Assembly: GCA_963776345.1 (NCBI GenBank)
Contig: CAVZMH010000013.1
Coordinates: 160,001 to 224,000, forward strand
Length of the DNA stretch: 64,000 nt
From: an uncultured delta proteobacterium
Lineage (GTDB): Bacteria > Myxococcota > Myxococcia > Myxococcales > Myxococcaceae
Direction of reading: 5' to 3'
Shown here: positions 20,213 to 29,895 of the stretch, piece by piece
Position numbering within the stretch: the first letter of the stretch is position 1
Layout of the letters: every line of letters starts with the position of its first letter
Program-made: the position numbers and the translations under genes
The notes under the pieces: generated by a model
Database searches by the model: none
Told to the model about the DNA's origin: nothing
What the model saw: only the letters and a program-made list of their open reading frames with translations

Positions 20213-21573
20213 GCCGCCCGCGCACCCTCGCCCCGGCGGCGTTGCTCCTGCTCGTGGCCGCCACCGCACCCGGACCGGCCGATGCCGCGGCCCGCGCCCG
20301 CGACGGAGGAACGCTCCGGGTTGCCCTCCTCCCCGAGGTGCGTGCCGACCGCTCCGGCGAGACGCCCGAGGGCGCCGTGGCGCGGGGACTCCTCGCCGCG
20401 CCGCTCTGCCGGGTCGACGCCGCCGGGCGGCTCGAGCCCTTGCTCGCGAGCTTCCAGCGCCGCACGGACGGGCTGACCGTGGTTCCGAGGCCGAGCGCAC
20501 GCTTCCCCTCGGGGACGGCGCTGGGGACCGCCGAGCTCGCCGGGGCCTGGAGCCGCGCGCTGGAGCGAAGTCCGGTCGCCCGCGCAGCGCTCGGGCCGGT
20601 GCGCGACCTCGCGGCCACGCTCGACGCCCAGGCCCGCACCCGGGCCCCCGCGCTCGACCTCCCCCTCGCCCACCCCTGGCCCGACCTCGAGGTCGCGCTC
20701 TGCCACCCGGCGCTCGCGCCGGTGCCAGGCGACGGCACGGCGGACGGCATCGGCCCCTACCTGCCCGACGGGGCCGACCACGGCCGGGCGTCGCCGGGCT
20801 TCCCGGAGGGCCGCCCGCACCCGGACGCGCTGGTCCTCACCAGCCTCTCGCGCCGCGCAGCGCAGCGGGCGCTGGAGTCGCGCGCCGCGCAGCTGCTCCT
20901 CGGCGACGGGGGCGATCCGTCCGCCCCCGCGCTCTTCGCCACCTATCTGGTGTCCCGCCCCGGGGCGAAGTCGGTGGTGGCGCTGCTCGAGCCGCGCCTC
21001 GACCGGGCGGCGCTGGTGCGGAGCTTCGTCGGTGGGCCCGCGGCGCCCATGCCGGGCCTGCTCCCGCCTGCGCTCGGCGGCCCCGACCGGCCGGCGGCGA
21101 GCGCCACGCCGGGGCGCGGGTCAGGCGCCGCGCTCCTCCTCTACGTGGCGGACCGTCCGGCCCAGCGCGCCGTCGCCGAGCGGCTGCAGATTCTCCTCCG
21201 CGACGCGGGGGTGCGGCTGACGCTCGGACCGCGGACCGCCGAGGCGCTCGACCGTGACTGGCGCGCTGGACAGGGAGAGCTGGCGCTCCGCTCGGTGCTC
21301 CTCCCCCCGCTGCCGGCGCCGGCCCTGGCGGTGGTCCTCGAGCTCGCCGGGGATGCCGCCGCGAGCCGGCGCGAGCTGGCGGCGCTCGGGGCGGTGTCCG
21401 AGGCGCCGGCGCGGTCGGCACGCGCCCGGGAACGTGCGCTCCAGCTCGGCGGCGCCCTGCCCGTCCTGCCGCTGTACGTCGAGGGACTCCGGGCGCGGCT
21501 CGACCCGGCGCTGGTGGACGCACGGCGCGACGGCCTCGGGCTGTGGGTCCTCGACGACGCGTGGTGGCCCTGA
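20209..21573 (+). CDS. Family-5 (peptide) solute-binding-like protein with no cognate permease
   Basis: Signal peptide, RDGGTLRV, ARFPSGTALG, GIGPY, AVAERLQILLRDAGV, VLPLY; GTGA overlap with the previous gene. Confidence 0.7.
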   Translation: MSRPRTLAPAALLLLVAATAPGPADAAARARDGGTLRVALLPEVRADRSGETPEGAVARGLLAAPLCRVDAAGRLEPLLASFQRRTDGLTVVPRPSARFPSGTALGTAELAGAWSRALERSPVARAALGPVRDLAATLDAQARTRAPALDLPLAHPWPDLEVALCHPALAPVPGDGTADGIGPYLPDGADHGRASPGFPEGRPHPDALVLTSLSRRAAQRALESRAAQLLLGDGGDPSAPALFATYLVSRPGAKSVVALLEPRLDRAALVRSFVGGPAAPMPGLLPPALGGPDRPAASATPGRGSGAALLLYVADRPAQRAVAERLQILLRDAGVRLTLGPRTAEALDRDWRAGQGELALRSVLLPPLPAPALAVVLELAGDAAASRRELAALGAVSEAPARSARARERALQLGGALPVLPLYVEGLRARLDPALVDARRDGLGLWVLDDAWWP

Positions 21574-21586
21574 CGGCGGAAGATCC

Positions 21587-23227
21587 ATGCGGCTCCGCAC
21601 CCTCCTCCTCCTCGCCTTCGCGCTGCTGGCGCTCCTCCCGCTGGCGGTGACGGTGCCCTTCGCCTCGCGGCGCATCGAGCAGACCCTGGCCCGCGAGCTG
21701 GCGGCGCGCGCCGACGGCGCCGCAGCGCTCGCCGCGTCCGAGCTGGACCGGCTCCGGGCCGAGGTGGACCAGGCGGTGACGGCCTGCGCGGCCGATCCGG
21801 TCACCGAATCCGTCGCGCTCCAGCTCGAGGCCGGCGTGCCGCCGGCGGCCGACGCGATGCGGGCGGTGGCCGAGGGTCGGCCAGTGACCGTCCTCACCCT
21901 GCGCGACGCGTCGGGCGTGAGCCGCTCCAGCGCCTTCCTCCCCGCGCGGGTGGGCGACGTCGAGCCCGGCCTCTCCACGGTGCGCCCAGGGGACGCCCCG
22001 GTCGTGGTGCCGGTGGAGGTGCAGGCTCCCGACGGCGTGCAGCTGCGGCCGGCGCTGGTGGCGGCCCGGCCGGTGGAGGCGGCGCACGGGGCGGCGACGC
22101 TCGTCGGAGGTCAGGTGCTGGACGAGGCCTGGGTGGGCCGCCTGGCCCGGCTCACCGGCGCCCGCGTCGAGCTCGAGGGCACGGGGCTCGGTCCCGCGGC
22201 CGCGGGGAGCGCCGAGGGGCGCACCGTCCGCCGCACCCTCCCGCTCGGCCCGGCGGTGCTCACGCTCGCCGTGGGGAGCGCGGCGGTGGACGAGACGCGG
22301 GCCACGCTGCTCCGGGCGCTGCTCACTGCCGGCGCGCTCGGGCTCGGGCTGGCGCTGGTCGCGGGGTTGCTCTTCGCCCGCGGCATCACCCGTCCGGTGG
22401 AGGCCCTCACCACAGGGGTGCGTTCCGTCGCGGCCGGCGCGCTGGACACCCGCGTGCCGGCCACGGGGAGCGGCGAGGTGCGGGCGCTGGTGGATGCGTT
22501 CAACCGGATGACCGAGGACCTCGGCCACGCGACGCGCGCGCTCCGAGCCGCGGAGCAGGCGGCGGCATGGGAGGGTGTGGCCCGGAGCCTCGCCCATGAA
22601 CTCCGCAACCCGCTCACCCCGCTCCAGATGTCGCTGGAGACGCTGCTCGCGGCACGGAAGGCCCGCGACCCGCGGTTCGAGGCGCTCTTCGTCGAGAGCG
22701 CGCCGGCGATGCTCGAGGAGGTGGAGCGGCTGCGGCGCACCATCGACGCCTTCGCCCGCTTCGCCCGTCTGCCGGCGGCGCAGCTCGAGCCGCTGGACCT
22801 GACGGCGTGGACCGAGCAGGCGCTGGGTATCGCCGGCGCCCGGCCAAACGTCACGCTCGTCTGGGAGCCCGGGCCCCCGCTGCCGGTCCAGGCCGACCGG
22901 GATCAGCTCGCGCAGCTGCTCCATAATTTGGTGAGCAACGCCGAGGAGGCGATGCCGTCCGGGGGGCAGGTGACGGTCCGGACCCGCGCCGACGGTGACC
23001 GCGCGGTGCTCGAGGTCGAGGACACCGGGCCGGGCATCGCCGCCGAGGACCGGGCGCGGGTACTCGAGCCTGGCGTCACCAGCAAGGCGAGCGGAACGGG
23101 CCTTGGCCTCGCCCTCGGCGCTCGCATCGCGCAGGGACACGGCGGCACGCTCGAGGTGGATGGGGGCTGGGAGGGCGGCGCGCTCATCCGCCTGCGCATC
23201 CCGCGAACGCATGGCGCTCCGGCATGA
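21587..23227 (+). CDS. crdS: HAMP-domain sensor histidine kinase (NtrY/CrdS-like)
   Basis: Two TMs, HAMP (ITRPVEAL...FNRMTEDL), AHELRNPLTP, LHNLVSNA, DTGPGI, GTGLGL. The symbol rests on the PBP1A-FG-GAP-SBP-HK order known for M. xanthus crdS. Confidence 0.7.
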   Translation: MRLRTLLLLAFALLALLPLAVTVPFASRRIEQTLARELAARADGAAALAASELDRLRAEVDQAVTACAADPVTESVALQLEAGVPPAADAMRAVAEGRPVTVLTLRDASGVSRSSAFLPARVGDVEPGLSTVRPGDAPVVVPVEVQAPDGVQLRPALVAARPVEAAHGAATLVGGQVLDEAWVGRLARLTGARVELEGTGLGPAAAGSAEGRTVRRTLPLGPAVLTLAVGSAAVDETRATLLRALLTAGALGLGLALVAGLLFARGITRPVEALTTGVRSVAAGALDTRVPATGSGEVRALVDAFNRMTEDLGHATRALRAAEQAAAWEGVARSLAHELRNPLTPLQMSLETLLAARKARDPRFEALFVESAPAMLEEVERLRRTIDAFARFARLPAAQLEPLDLTAWTEQALGIAGARPNVTLVWEPGPPLPVQADRDQLAQLLHNLVSNAEEAMPSGGQVTVRTRADGDRAVLEVEDTGPGIAAEDRARVLEPGVTSKASGTGLGLALGARIAQGHGGTLEVDGGWEGGALIRLRIPRTHGAPA

Positions 23228-23246
23228 GGACGCACGGGCGTGCGCG

Positions 23247-25040
23247 CTAGTCCCGGACGGGGGTCGCCTTGAGCGCGGCGCGTCCGTCCTTCACGTAGAC
23301 CTGGAAGCGCACGGTGCGGCAGCCGTACTTCTGCACCAGCTGGTCGCGGTTCTTCCGCAGCTTCCCGGCGAACTTCTCGAAGGTGAGCCCGTCGCCGCTC
23401 TCACCGCAGCGCTCACGCACGGCGAGGAACTCGTGGAACACGTCCTGGAAGTGCACCTCGTCCGGGGCCACCGGCTTGGGGAGCGGCTGCGGGCGCGGGC
23501 CCGAGACGCGGCTGGAGGCGAGGAGGTCCGGCGAGACGTCGGCCACCCGGGTGGCCTCGGGGATGGCGTTGGCGGCGGGCCCGAGCGCCGCGGCGGGCGG
23601 CAGGTTGAAGTCCGGCAGGTTCGGCACCGGGTACGCCGTCGTGGGCTGGTGGTCGTAGTCGAGCGGCGCTGGCGCGGGGGGCTGCTTCGACGGCTGGGGC
23701 CGGGGAGGCGTGGCGGGCGATGGAGAGAGCCGCTGCGAGCGCGGCCGGATGGGCGCCGGCGTCGGCTCGGGCGGCGGGGGCATGGCGTCCAGGAGCGCGG
23801 CGAGGTCGTCGCGGAGCGCCTCATGCGGAGCCCTGGGGCCGGGCAACCCGTCGGCGGTCGCGGCTTCGGACTCGGCCTCGGGTGGCGGAGGCGGCGGCTC
23901 CACGGTGCGAGCCGGGGTCTCGTCCAGCTCGATGGGGGCGCGCGAGCGTCCGGCGGCGCGGGGCTCGGGCGGATGGGCGGTGTTCTCCGGCGCGCGGAAG
24001 ACAGGTGGCGGCGAGGTGCTGAGGCCGAAGAGGCCGCGGCGCCGGCGGGGGCCGGGCTCGGTGTCCTCCTGGGGCTGCACGCTCACCGGTGCCACGTCCT
24101 GCCCCATCCACAGCCAGAGCGCGGCCAGCCCGGCGAGGAGGAAGAGCATCGCCCCGAAGCTGAAGCGCTGGGTGTCGGCGAGCGCGGACATGGCGGGCTC
24201 GGTGCTCACCAGCGCCAGCGCCTCCAGCGGCTGCCCGGGGACGCCGCGCCGGAGCGCGACCCGGAGCGCCGGGTCGGGCCCGGTGGTGAAGAGCGGGAGC
24301 CGCAGGAACCCGAGCGCGCCCGCCGGGCCGCGGACCACCACCGCGCTCTTGCCCACCGGCGTCTCGCGGAGAGCGTCCGGAAGCCGGGTCTTCTCCGGCC
24401 CCCCGCTGGAGACGAGCTTCCCGGACTGCACGACCCCGAGCGCGGCGAGTCCGGTCTCGAGCGCCACCTGGTCCGCAGTGCCCTCGGGGAGCAGCGGCCC
24501 GCCAACGATGAGCATCCCCTGCGCGCGGGCCTCCTTGTCCGAGCCAAGCAGCGGGAAGGAGAAGAAGAGGTACGGCTTACCGAACGCCTCGCGCGTCTGC
24601 CCGTCGCTCCCGGCCCCGGCCACCGCGTCGGACTCGAGCCCGTTGAGCGCGGGAGCGGGCGCCTCGGCGCCCCGGACGAAGACCGCGCCGGTGTCGGTGC
24701 GTACGCCGAGCACCAGCCCCGGCCGGAGGGCGTTGGAGACCGCGTCGGCGGCGTTCCGGCGCACGCTGGCCATCCGCTCGACGGCGAGCTCGGCCTTACC
24801 GGCCCGGAGCGCGTCGGCGGTGACGAAGGCGCCCGGCGAGCTCCCCAGCCGGAGCGCCAGGCCCTGGAGCTCGGCGCGCCGACCCGCGAGGCGGACCGAG
24901 ACCGCGTCCACGCCGCGCTGCGCGTAGGAGGCGGCCTGCGCTTCCGCCTTTTCGCTGAAGGACGATGCGGTGAGCGAGAGGTCCGCCAGCCAGAGCGCGA
25001 GCGCCGGCAGCGCGAACAGAAGCAGCTTGATGCGGGACAT
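23247..25040 (-). CDS. Myxobacterial membrane protein (MXAN_5187-family-like)
   Basis: N-terminal TM, extracytoplasmic domain, second TM, Pro-rich linker, C-terminal domain FQDVFHEF...CGE...LTFEKFAGKL...RFQVYVKDGRAALKATP. Confidence 0.7.
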   Translation of the reverse strand: MSRIKLLLFALPALALWLADLSLTASSFSEKAEAQAASYAQRGVDAVSVRLAGRRAELQGLALRLGSSPGAFVTADALRAGKAELAVERMASVRRNAADAVSNALRPGLVLGVRTDTGAVFVRGAEAPAPALNGLESDAVAGAGSDGQTREAFGKPYLFFSFPLLGSDKEARAQGMLIVGGPLLPEGTADQVALETGLAALGVVQSGKLVSSGGPEKTRLPDALRETPVGKSAVVVRGPAGALGFLRLPLFTTGPDPALRVALRRGVPGQPLEALALVSTEPAMSALADTQRFSFGAMLFLLAGLAALWLWMGQDVAPVSVQPQEDTEPGPRRRRGLFGLSTSPPPVFRAPENTAHPPEPRAAGRSRAPIELDETPARTVEPPPPPPEAESEAATADGLPGPRAPHEALRDDLAALLDAMPPPPEPTPAPIRPRSQRLSPSPATPPRPQPSKQPPAPAPLDYDHQPTTAYPVPNLPDFNLPPAAALGPAANAIPEATRVADVSPDLLASSRVSGPRPQPLPKPVAPDEVHFQDVFHEFLAVRERCGESGDGLTFEKFAGKLRKNRDQLVQKYGCRTVRFQVYVKDGRAALKATPVRD

Positions 25041-25116
25041 CCCCTTCCTTTGGGGCCAGTCGGGTCAACCCTTTATAGGCCGTGGGTGCGCGGCCCAGCA
25101 AGGGAACGGGCGGCTC

Positions 25117-25485
25117 TCACCGCGGGCGTCCGCCCGGCTCGGTGGGGAGATCTGCGAGCGACGGACCCGAGTGGTCGTGTCGCCGATCGACGTACTTCTT
25201 CGCCGCGCGCTCCACGCGGTCGCAGGCGGCGGCGATGGCGCGGTGGATCTCGTCCGAGGTCTCGGTGATGTGCAGCGCCGGCTGGCCGGGGACGTGGACG
25301 GTGACCCGCGCCTCCTGGTCCATGCCGCCCTTGTTCTCGCCGGTGGTGTCGACCAGGTGCACCTCGACCTGGACGGCGGGCTCGTGTCCCAGCAGCCGGT
25401 CCAGCGCGCGGCCCAGGTGGACCTCGCAGTACTCGCGGAGCGCGTCGGTGACCTGGATGTGAACGCCTCGTACCAGCAGTTGCAT
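25117..25485 (-). CDS. hpf: Ribosome hibernation factor (short HPF/RaiA family)
   Basis: MQLLVRGVHIQVTDALREYC...AIAAACDRVERAAKKY. Confidence 0.8.
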   Translation of the reverse strand: MQLLVRGVHIQVTDALREYCEVHLGRALDRLLGHEPAVQVEVHLVDTTGENKGGMDQEARVTVHVPGQPALHITETSDEIHRAIAAACDRVERAAKKYVDRRHDHSGPSLADLPTEPGGRPR

Positions 25486-25530
25486 CGGAGAAGCCTCCTT
25501 GGGCTCCTTGCCTGTTATGGTGTCTTGGCC

Positions 25531-25851
25531 ATGGAAGGCAACCCCGAGTCGGAGCGATTCGTCCAGGTAGCCCAGGCGGAGGACCCCTTCACCGCCGATG
25601 CGCTGGAGGCCACCCTGAGGGGCGCCGGGATGTCGGTGCTCCGCACCGACCATCCAGGGGGCTCCGGGGTGGAGGCGCTGGGCTCGGGGTGGACCCTGCC
25701 CTGGTTCGAGCTGAGCGTGCTCGAGGAGAACGTGGCGCGCGCCCGGGAGCTGGTGGAGGCCGAGCGCCGTCGGCTGGCCGAGACCGCGCCCGATGCCGAG
25801 CGCGCGGCCGAGGACGAGGAGCGGGAATCGGAAGGGCCGACGCCCTCCTGA
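25531..25851 (+). CDS. Small DUF2007-like putative signal-transducing protein
   Basis: ADALEATLRGAGM...ELSVLEENVARARELV; extended -10 TGTTATGGT just upstream. Confidence 0.6.
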   Translation: MEGNPESERFVQVAQAEDPFTADALEATLRGAGMSVLRTDHPGGSGVEALGSGWTLPWFELSVLEENVARARELVEAERRRLAETAPDAERAAEDEERESEGPTPS

Positions 25852-25909
25852 CTCCGAGGCCCCTCCCTGCCGAGGGGCAGGCTCGCGGCGGGCGCCCCCG
25901 TCCCCAGGC

Positions 25910-26773
25910 TCAGCGGCCGGTCGCGGACACGGCCTCGCTCCGGGGCCGCGGATCGCGCACCTCCCAGAGCGAGACGCCCTCGATCTTCCAGGTGTAGCGG
26001 GCGTGCCGGGCGAGCAGGTGCGAGAGCTCCTCGTCCACCACCCCGTCCTTCCACCCGCGCGTCGCGTGCCGGAGATAGGTCTTCCCGCCGCGCTGGACGA
26101 CGAATCCCAGGTGGCTGACCCGGGTGATGCGCCAGGGCGCGTCCTGCCGGACGACGAGGAGCAGCGTCCCGGAGGGCCAGTGCGCGGCCCGGCCGGCGAT
26201 CTCGTCCACCGGGATGATGGACAGCGGGAACCGGCCGGTGGGGCGCGCCCCGGGAGGGAGCGCGAGGGCGCGTGCGGTGGTGGAGCCCCATGCCTCGGGG
26301 GCGATCACCTTCCACCCGGACCGGGCCGCCTCGCCGCCGAGCTGAGCGGTCACGTCACGGACGAGCCCCTTGGCGACGTTCGAGGGCAGCCAGGCGGCCT
26401 CCATGAGGTGGTTGCGTCCGGTGTACTCGGGCCGGGCACGGTAGCGGATGGAGTCGAGCACGTGCAGCACGTCCTCCACCGAGCCGGAGAGCGAGAGCGC
26501 CATCACCGTCTCGACGAAGGTGAGGCAGTCCACGCGGTCGAGGCGCAGGCGTGGGTCCGGGTCCTGGCCCTCGCCCTCGCCGAGCGGCGAGTGGGCGTAC
26601 GGCGTCCCGAGGAGGCGCTCGCTCAGGCCCAGGAGGCGACCCTCCAGCGAGCGACCCTGGACGGAGGCGAGCAGCGCCTCGAGCGCAGCCGTGTCCGGCT
26701 CGGGAGACGCCGGGGTGGTGGCCAGGACGAGGGTGAGCGCGGTGGCGAGGAGCAAGGGGGCGACCGCCCGCAA
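25910..26773 (-). CDS. DUF1460 NlpC/P60-like peptidoglycan amidase
   Basis: Signal peptide, LGTPY...LGEG, LDRVDCLTFVET, RNH, VSHLGF, LRHAT. Confidence 0.82.
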   Translation of the reverse strand: MRAVAPLLLATALTLVLATTPASPEPDTAALEALLASVQGRSLEGRLLGLSERLLGTPYAHSPLGEGEGQDPDPRLRLDRVDCLTFVETVMALSLSGSVEDVLHVLDSIRYRARPEYTGRNHLMEAAWLPSNVAKGLVRDVTAQLGGEAARSGWKVIAPEAWGSTTARALALPPGARPTGRFPLSIIPVDEIAGRAAHWPSGTLLLVVRQDAPWRITRVSHLGFVVQRGGKTYLRHATRGWKDGVVDEELSHLLARHARYTWKIEGVSLWEVRDPRPRSEAVSATGR

Positions 26774-26838
26774 TCGTCCCCGGGCCGGACAGGTCTGTCC
26801 ACCTCGAGTGCCGCCGGAGCGTTCGGGGGCGGGGAGAG

Positions 26839-28266
26839 TCAGCGCCGGGAGGCGAGCGCCGCGGCGGTCTCGACCAGCTGGCCCCAGAGTGCGGCGACGT
26901 CGTCGGCGGTGGTGGCCGTCGCACCCACCGAGACCCGGAGGAGCTGGACGCCCTTCACCACCGCGGGGGTGAGGTAGGCGCGTCCCGAGGCGTTGATGGA
27001 GCGAGCGAGCGCGAGGTTGTGGGCGTCGAGCGCGGAGCCCTCGCGCCCCGGCGGTCGGTGGCGGAAGGCGACGGTCTGGAGCGGGACCGGCGCGAGCCGC
27101 TCCCAGCCGGGCGTGGTGTCGACCTTCTCGGCGAACCAGCGGGCGAGCGCGAGGTGCCGGCGGACCTCGGCGCGAACACCCTCCACACCCATCGCCGAGA
27201 GGACGAACCAGACCTTGAGGCTGCGGAACCGGCGGCCGAGCGCGATGCCCCAGTCGCGGTAGTTGTGCACCGCCCCGTCCTGCGCCGTCCGGAGGTAGCT
27301 CGGGTCGGTGGACATGACCCGCACCAGATGGTCGGGATCGCGCACGTGGTAGGCGGTGCAGTCGAAGCCGACGCCGAGCCACTTGTGCGGGTTCCACACC
27401 ACCGAGTCCGCCTGCTCGACGCCCTCCCACATCCAGCGCAGCTCAGGGCAGGCCATCGCGGTGCCGGCGAGCGCAGCGTCGACGTGGAGCCAGGCCCCGT
27501 GGGCGCGGGCGAGCTCACCGAGGCGCGCCACCGGGTCGAGCGCGGTGGTGCCGGTCGAGCCCACGGTGGCGACGATGGCGGAGGGCCGCCGGCCGCGGGC
27601 GACGTCGGCACGGAGCGTCTCCTCGAGCGCGTCGGGGCGGAGCGCGTGGGCCTCGTCGGTGGGGAGGAGCCGGAGGTTCTCCCGTCCAAACCCGGCGAGC
27701 AGCGCGGCCTTCTCGATGGAGCTGTGCGCCATCTCCGAGGCATAGACGACGAGCGGCGAGGCTTCCGCCTGGAGCCCGCCGCGGGCCTGGCCGTGGCCGG
27801 TGGTGCGCTCGCGGGCGCAGAGGAGGGCGACCAGGGTGGCGGTGCTGGCGGTGTCCTGGATGACGCCGGAGAAGGTCGGCGGCAGGCCGACGAGCTGGCG
27901 GAGCCAGTCCATCGCCACCTCCTCCAGCTCGGTGGCTGCGGGGCTGGTCTGCCAGCTCATGCCCTGGGCGCCGAGCCCGGCGGCGACCAGGTCGGCCAGG
28001 ACCGAGGGCAGCATGGAGTTCGAGGGGAAGTAGGCGAAGAACCGCGGGTGGTTCCAGTGGGTGATGCCGGGGAGGATGGCCGAGTCGAGCTGGGGCAGGA
28101 GGCCCTCGAGCGGCACGCCGTGCTCGGGTGGGGCCGGGGCGAAGTGGCGCCGAACCTCGCCCGGCTGCACGGGGCTCATGACCGGAAGGGTGGGCAACCG
28201 TTCGCGGTAGGCGGCCACCCACTCGATGAGCTGGTGTCCAAGTGTGCGGAACTCGTCGGGTGTCAT
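26839..28266 (-). CDS. PLP-dependent aromatic L-amino-acid decarboxylase (group II)
   Basis: MTPDEFR, PGITHWNHPRFFAYFP, SPAATELE, HVDAA, NPHKW (PLP lysine), LGRRFRSLK. Confidence 0.92.
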   Translation of the reverse strand: MTPDEFRTLGHQLIEWVAAYRERLPTLPVMSPVQPGEVRRHFAPAPPEHGVPLEGLLPQLDSAILPGITHWNHPRFFAYFPSNSMLPSVLADLVAAGLGAQGMSWQTSPAATELEEVAMDWLRQLVGLPPTFSGVIQDTASTATLVALLCARERTTGHGQARGGLQAEASPLVVYASEMAHSSIEKAALLAGFGRENLRLLPTDEAHALRPDALEETLRADVARGRRPSAIVATVGSTGTTALDPVARLGELARAHGAWLHVDAALAGTAMACPELRWMWEGVEQADSVVWNPHKWLGVGFDCTAYHVRDPDHLVRVMSTDPSYLRTAQDGAVHNYRDWGIALGRRFRSLKVWFVLSAMGVEGVRAEVRRHLALARWFAEKVDTTPGWERLAPVPLQTVAFRHRPPGREGSALDAHNLALARSINASGRAYLTPAVVKGVQLLRVSVGATATTADDVAALWGQLVETAAALASRR

Positions 28267-28351
28267 CGCGCCGGGGACGGTACACCTTGCCGGCAGGGGC
28301 CGAGCGGTCGATGTTCCGGCGGCTCCCGCGACTCCCGGAGGGCGACAGGAC

Positions 28352-28612
28352 ATGGGCCGGCTCGAGCAGGACCAGGTGGGCAGCTGCAGCTTCGTCGACG
28401 TGCTCGAGGAGGCGGTGCTGGTGAAGCGCCCGGTGGCCATCGAGCTCCGGGACGGCACGACGTTCATCGACCAGGTGACGGACGTCACGACCGAATCCGG
28501 GCAGGACTTCGCGGTGTTCCGGAGCCACGCCCGGGTCGCGGTCCGGGACATCGCGGCGGCCACCCGGGCCGAGCCGCCCCGCCGGCGGCCCCCTCCCGGC
28601 CCCCGCGAGTGA
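28352..28612 (+). CDS. Small Rof/YaeO-like (Rho-binding antiterminator-like) protein
   Basis: SCSFVDVLEEAVLVKRPVAIELRDG resembles the Rof CDxYDxLExAC...LELKDG pattern; GGAGG upstream. Confidence 0.55.
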   Translation: MGRLEQDQVGSCSFVDVLEEAVLVKRPVAIELRDGTTFIDQVTDVTTESGQDFAVFRSHARVAVRDIAAATRAEPPRRRPPPGPRE

Positions 28613-28683
28613 GGGTTCGCCCCCCCACCGCCCGTCCGGCGTTGCAGGCCACGGGGCCCCTCTGCTAGCCCCTCGGGGCACCG

Positions 28684-29771
28684 ATGGCGCGCTTCGAGGT
28701 CTTCATACCCGCGGCGGAGCCGGGCAGCTTCGACGTCACGCTCCGCGTGGACGCAGCGAACTGGATGCAGGCCCTGAAGACGGGCTTCCACCGGCTCGGT
28801 GAGCAGGGGCTGGTCCCGCACAACGTGCTGGTGGACGTGCAGGACGACGGCTCGGTCCACGTCACGGACGCGAGCAGCGCGCGGGTCTTCCGCATCCGCG
28901 AGCTGACCGAGGCCGAGGCGGCGGCGGGCAAGCCCAAGCCGAAGCCGACGCCCATTGGGACGCCGGTTCCGGTGGAGCCGGTGGCGCCCGCCCCGAGCCC
29001 GGCGATGGTGGCGCGACCCGAGCCCCTGGTGGGCATCGCCGCGAGGTGAAGGACCCGCACCAGACGTCCGGAATGGACGTTCCACCGGCACCGGGGCTGG
29101 AGCCGACGCTGGTCCGTCCGCCGGACCGGCCGACCTCGCCGATGGCGGCGCGCCCGACCCCGATGAGCACGCCGCGGGTGGTGCTCCCGCCGACGCAGGA
29201 GCTGGTGTCGAGCGCGAGGCCACCCACCGGGCCGATCGGCCGCCGGAAGCCTGCACGCTCTCCGGCGGCGCAGATGGACGACGTGCTCGCCGAGGTCTTC
29301 GAGCGGGTGCAGGGCGTCTACCAGCGGCGCGACGCGGCGGACGGGCTCGGCTACCTGCTGGATCTGGCGATGGAGAAGATTCCCGTCGAGGCGGGGAGCG
29401 TGTTCTCGAGCGAGCTGGTCTCGGGCGACCTCCGGTTCGTGGTGGTCCGTGGCCCGAAGGCGCAGGAGATCCTCGAGGCGAAGATCGTCATCCCCGCCGG
29501 GACGGGAATCGTGGGCTTCTGCGCGGTGGAGGGCGTGTCGCTCGCGCTGTCCGACGTGCAGAAGGATCCGCGCTACTACCGCGGGGTCTCGGACCGGGTG
29601 CACTACGAGACGCGGAGCATCCTCTGCTCGCCGATCATCGCCCACGGGCGGACGTTCGGGTGCATGGAGCTGGTGAACCGGCGCGAGTCGCCGCTGTTCA
29701 CCGAGTACGAGGTGGGGATGCTCTCGTACATCGCCCACCAGGGCGCGCTGTTCCTCGACACGCTGGGGTGA
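28684..29771 (+). CDS. GAF-domain protein, split into 28684-29049 and 29046-29771 (probable frameshift)
   Basis: N-terminal domain, Pro-rich linker, then GAF motifs GTGIVGF, DVQKDPRY, YETRSILCSPI, GCMELVN, FTEYE. Confidence 0.75.
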
Positions 29772-29895
29772 GCGTGGGGCCGGCGAGGCCCTGGTACCGG
29801 GTCCCCGACCTGTCCGGCGAAGGCACGCACGCTCTACCGAGGACATCCATCGGCAGGCCGCCCAGGCAGCCGCCGAGATCAACGAGGTGACGGAT

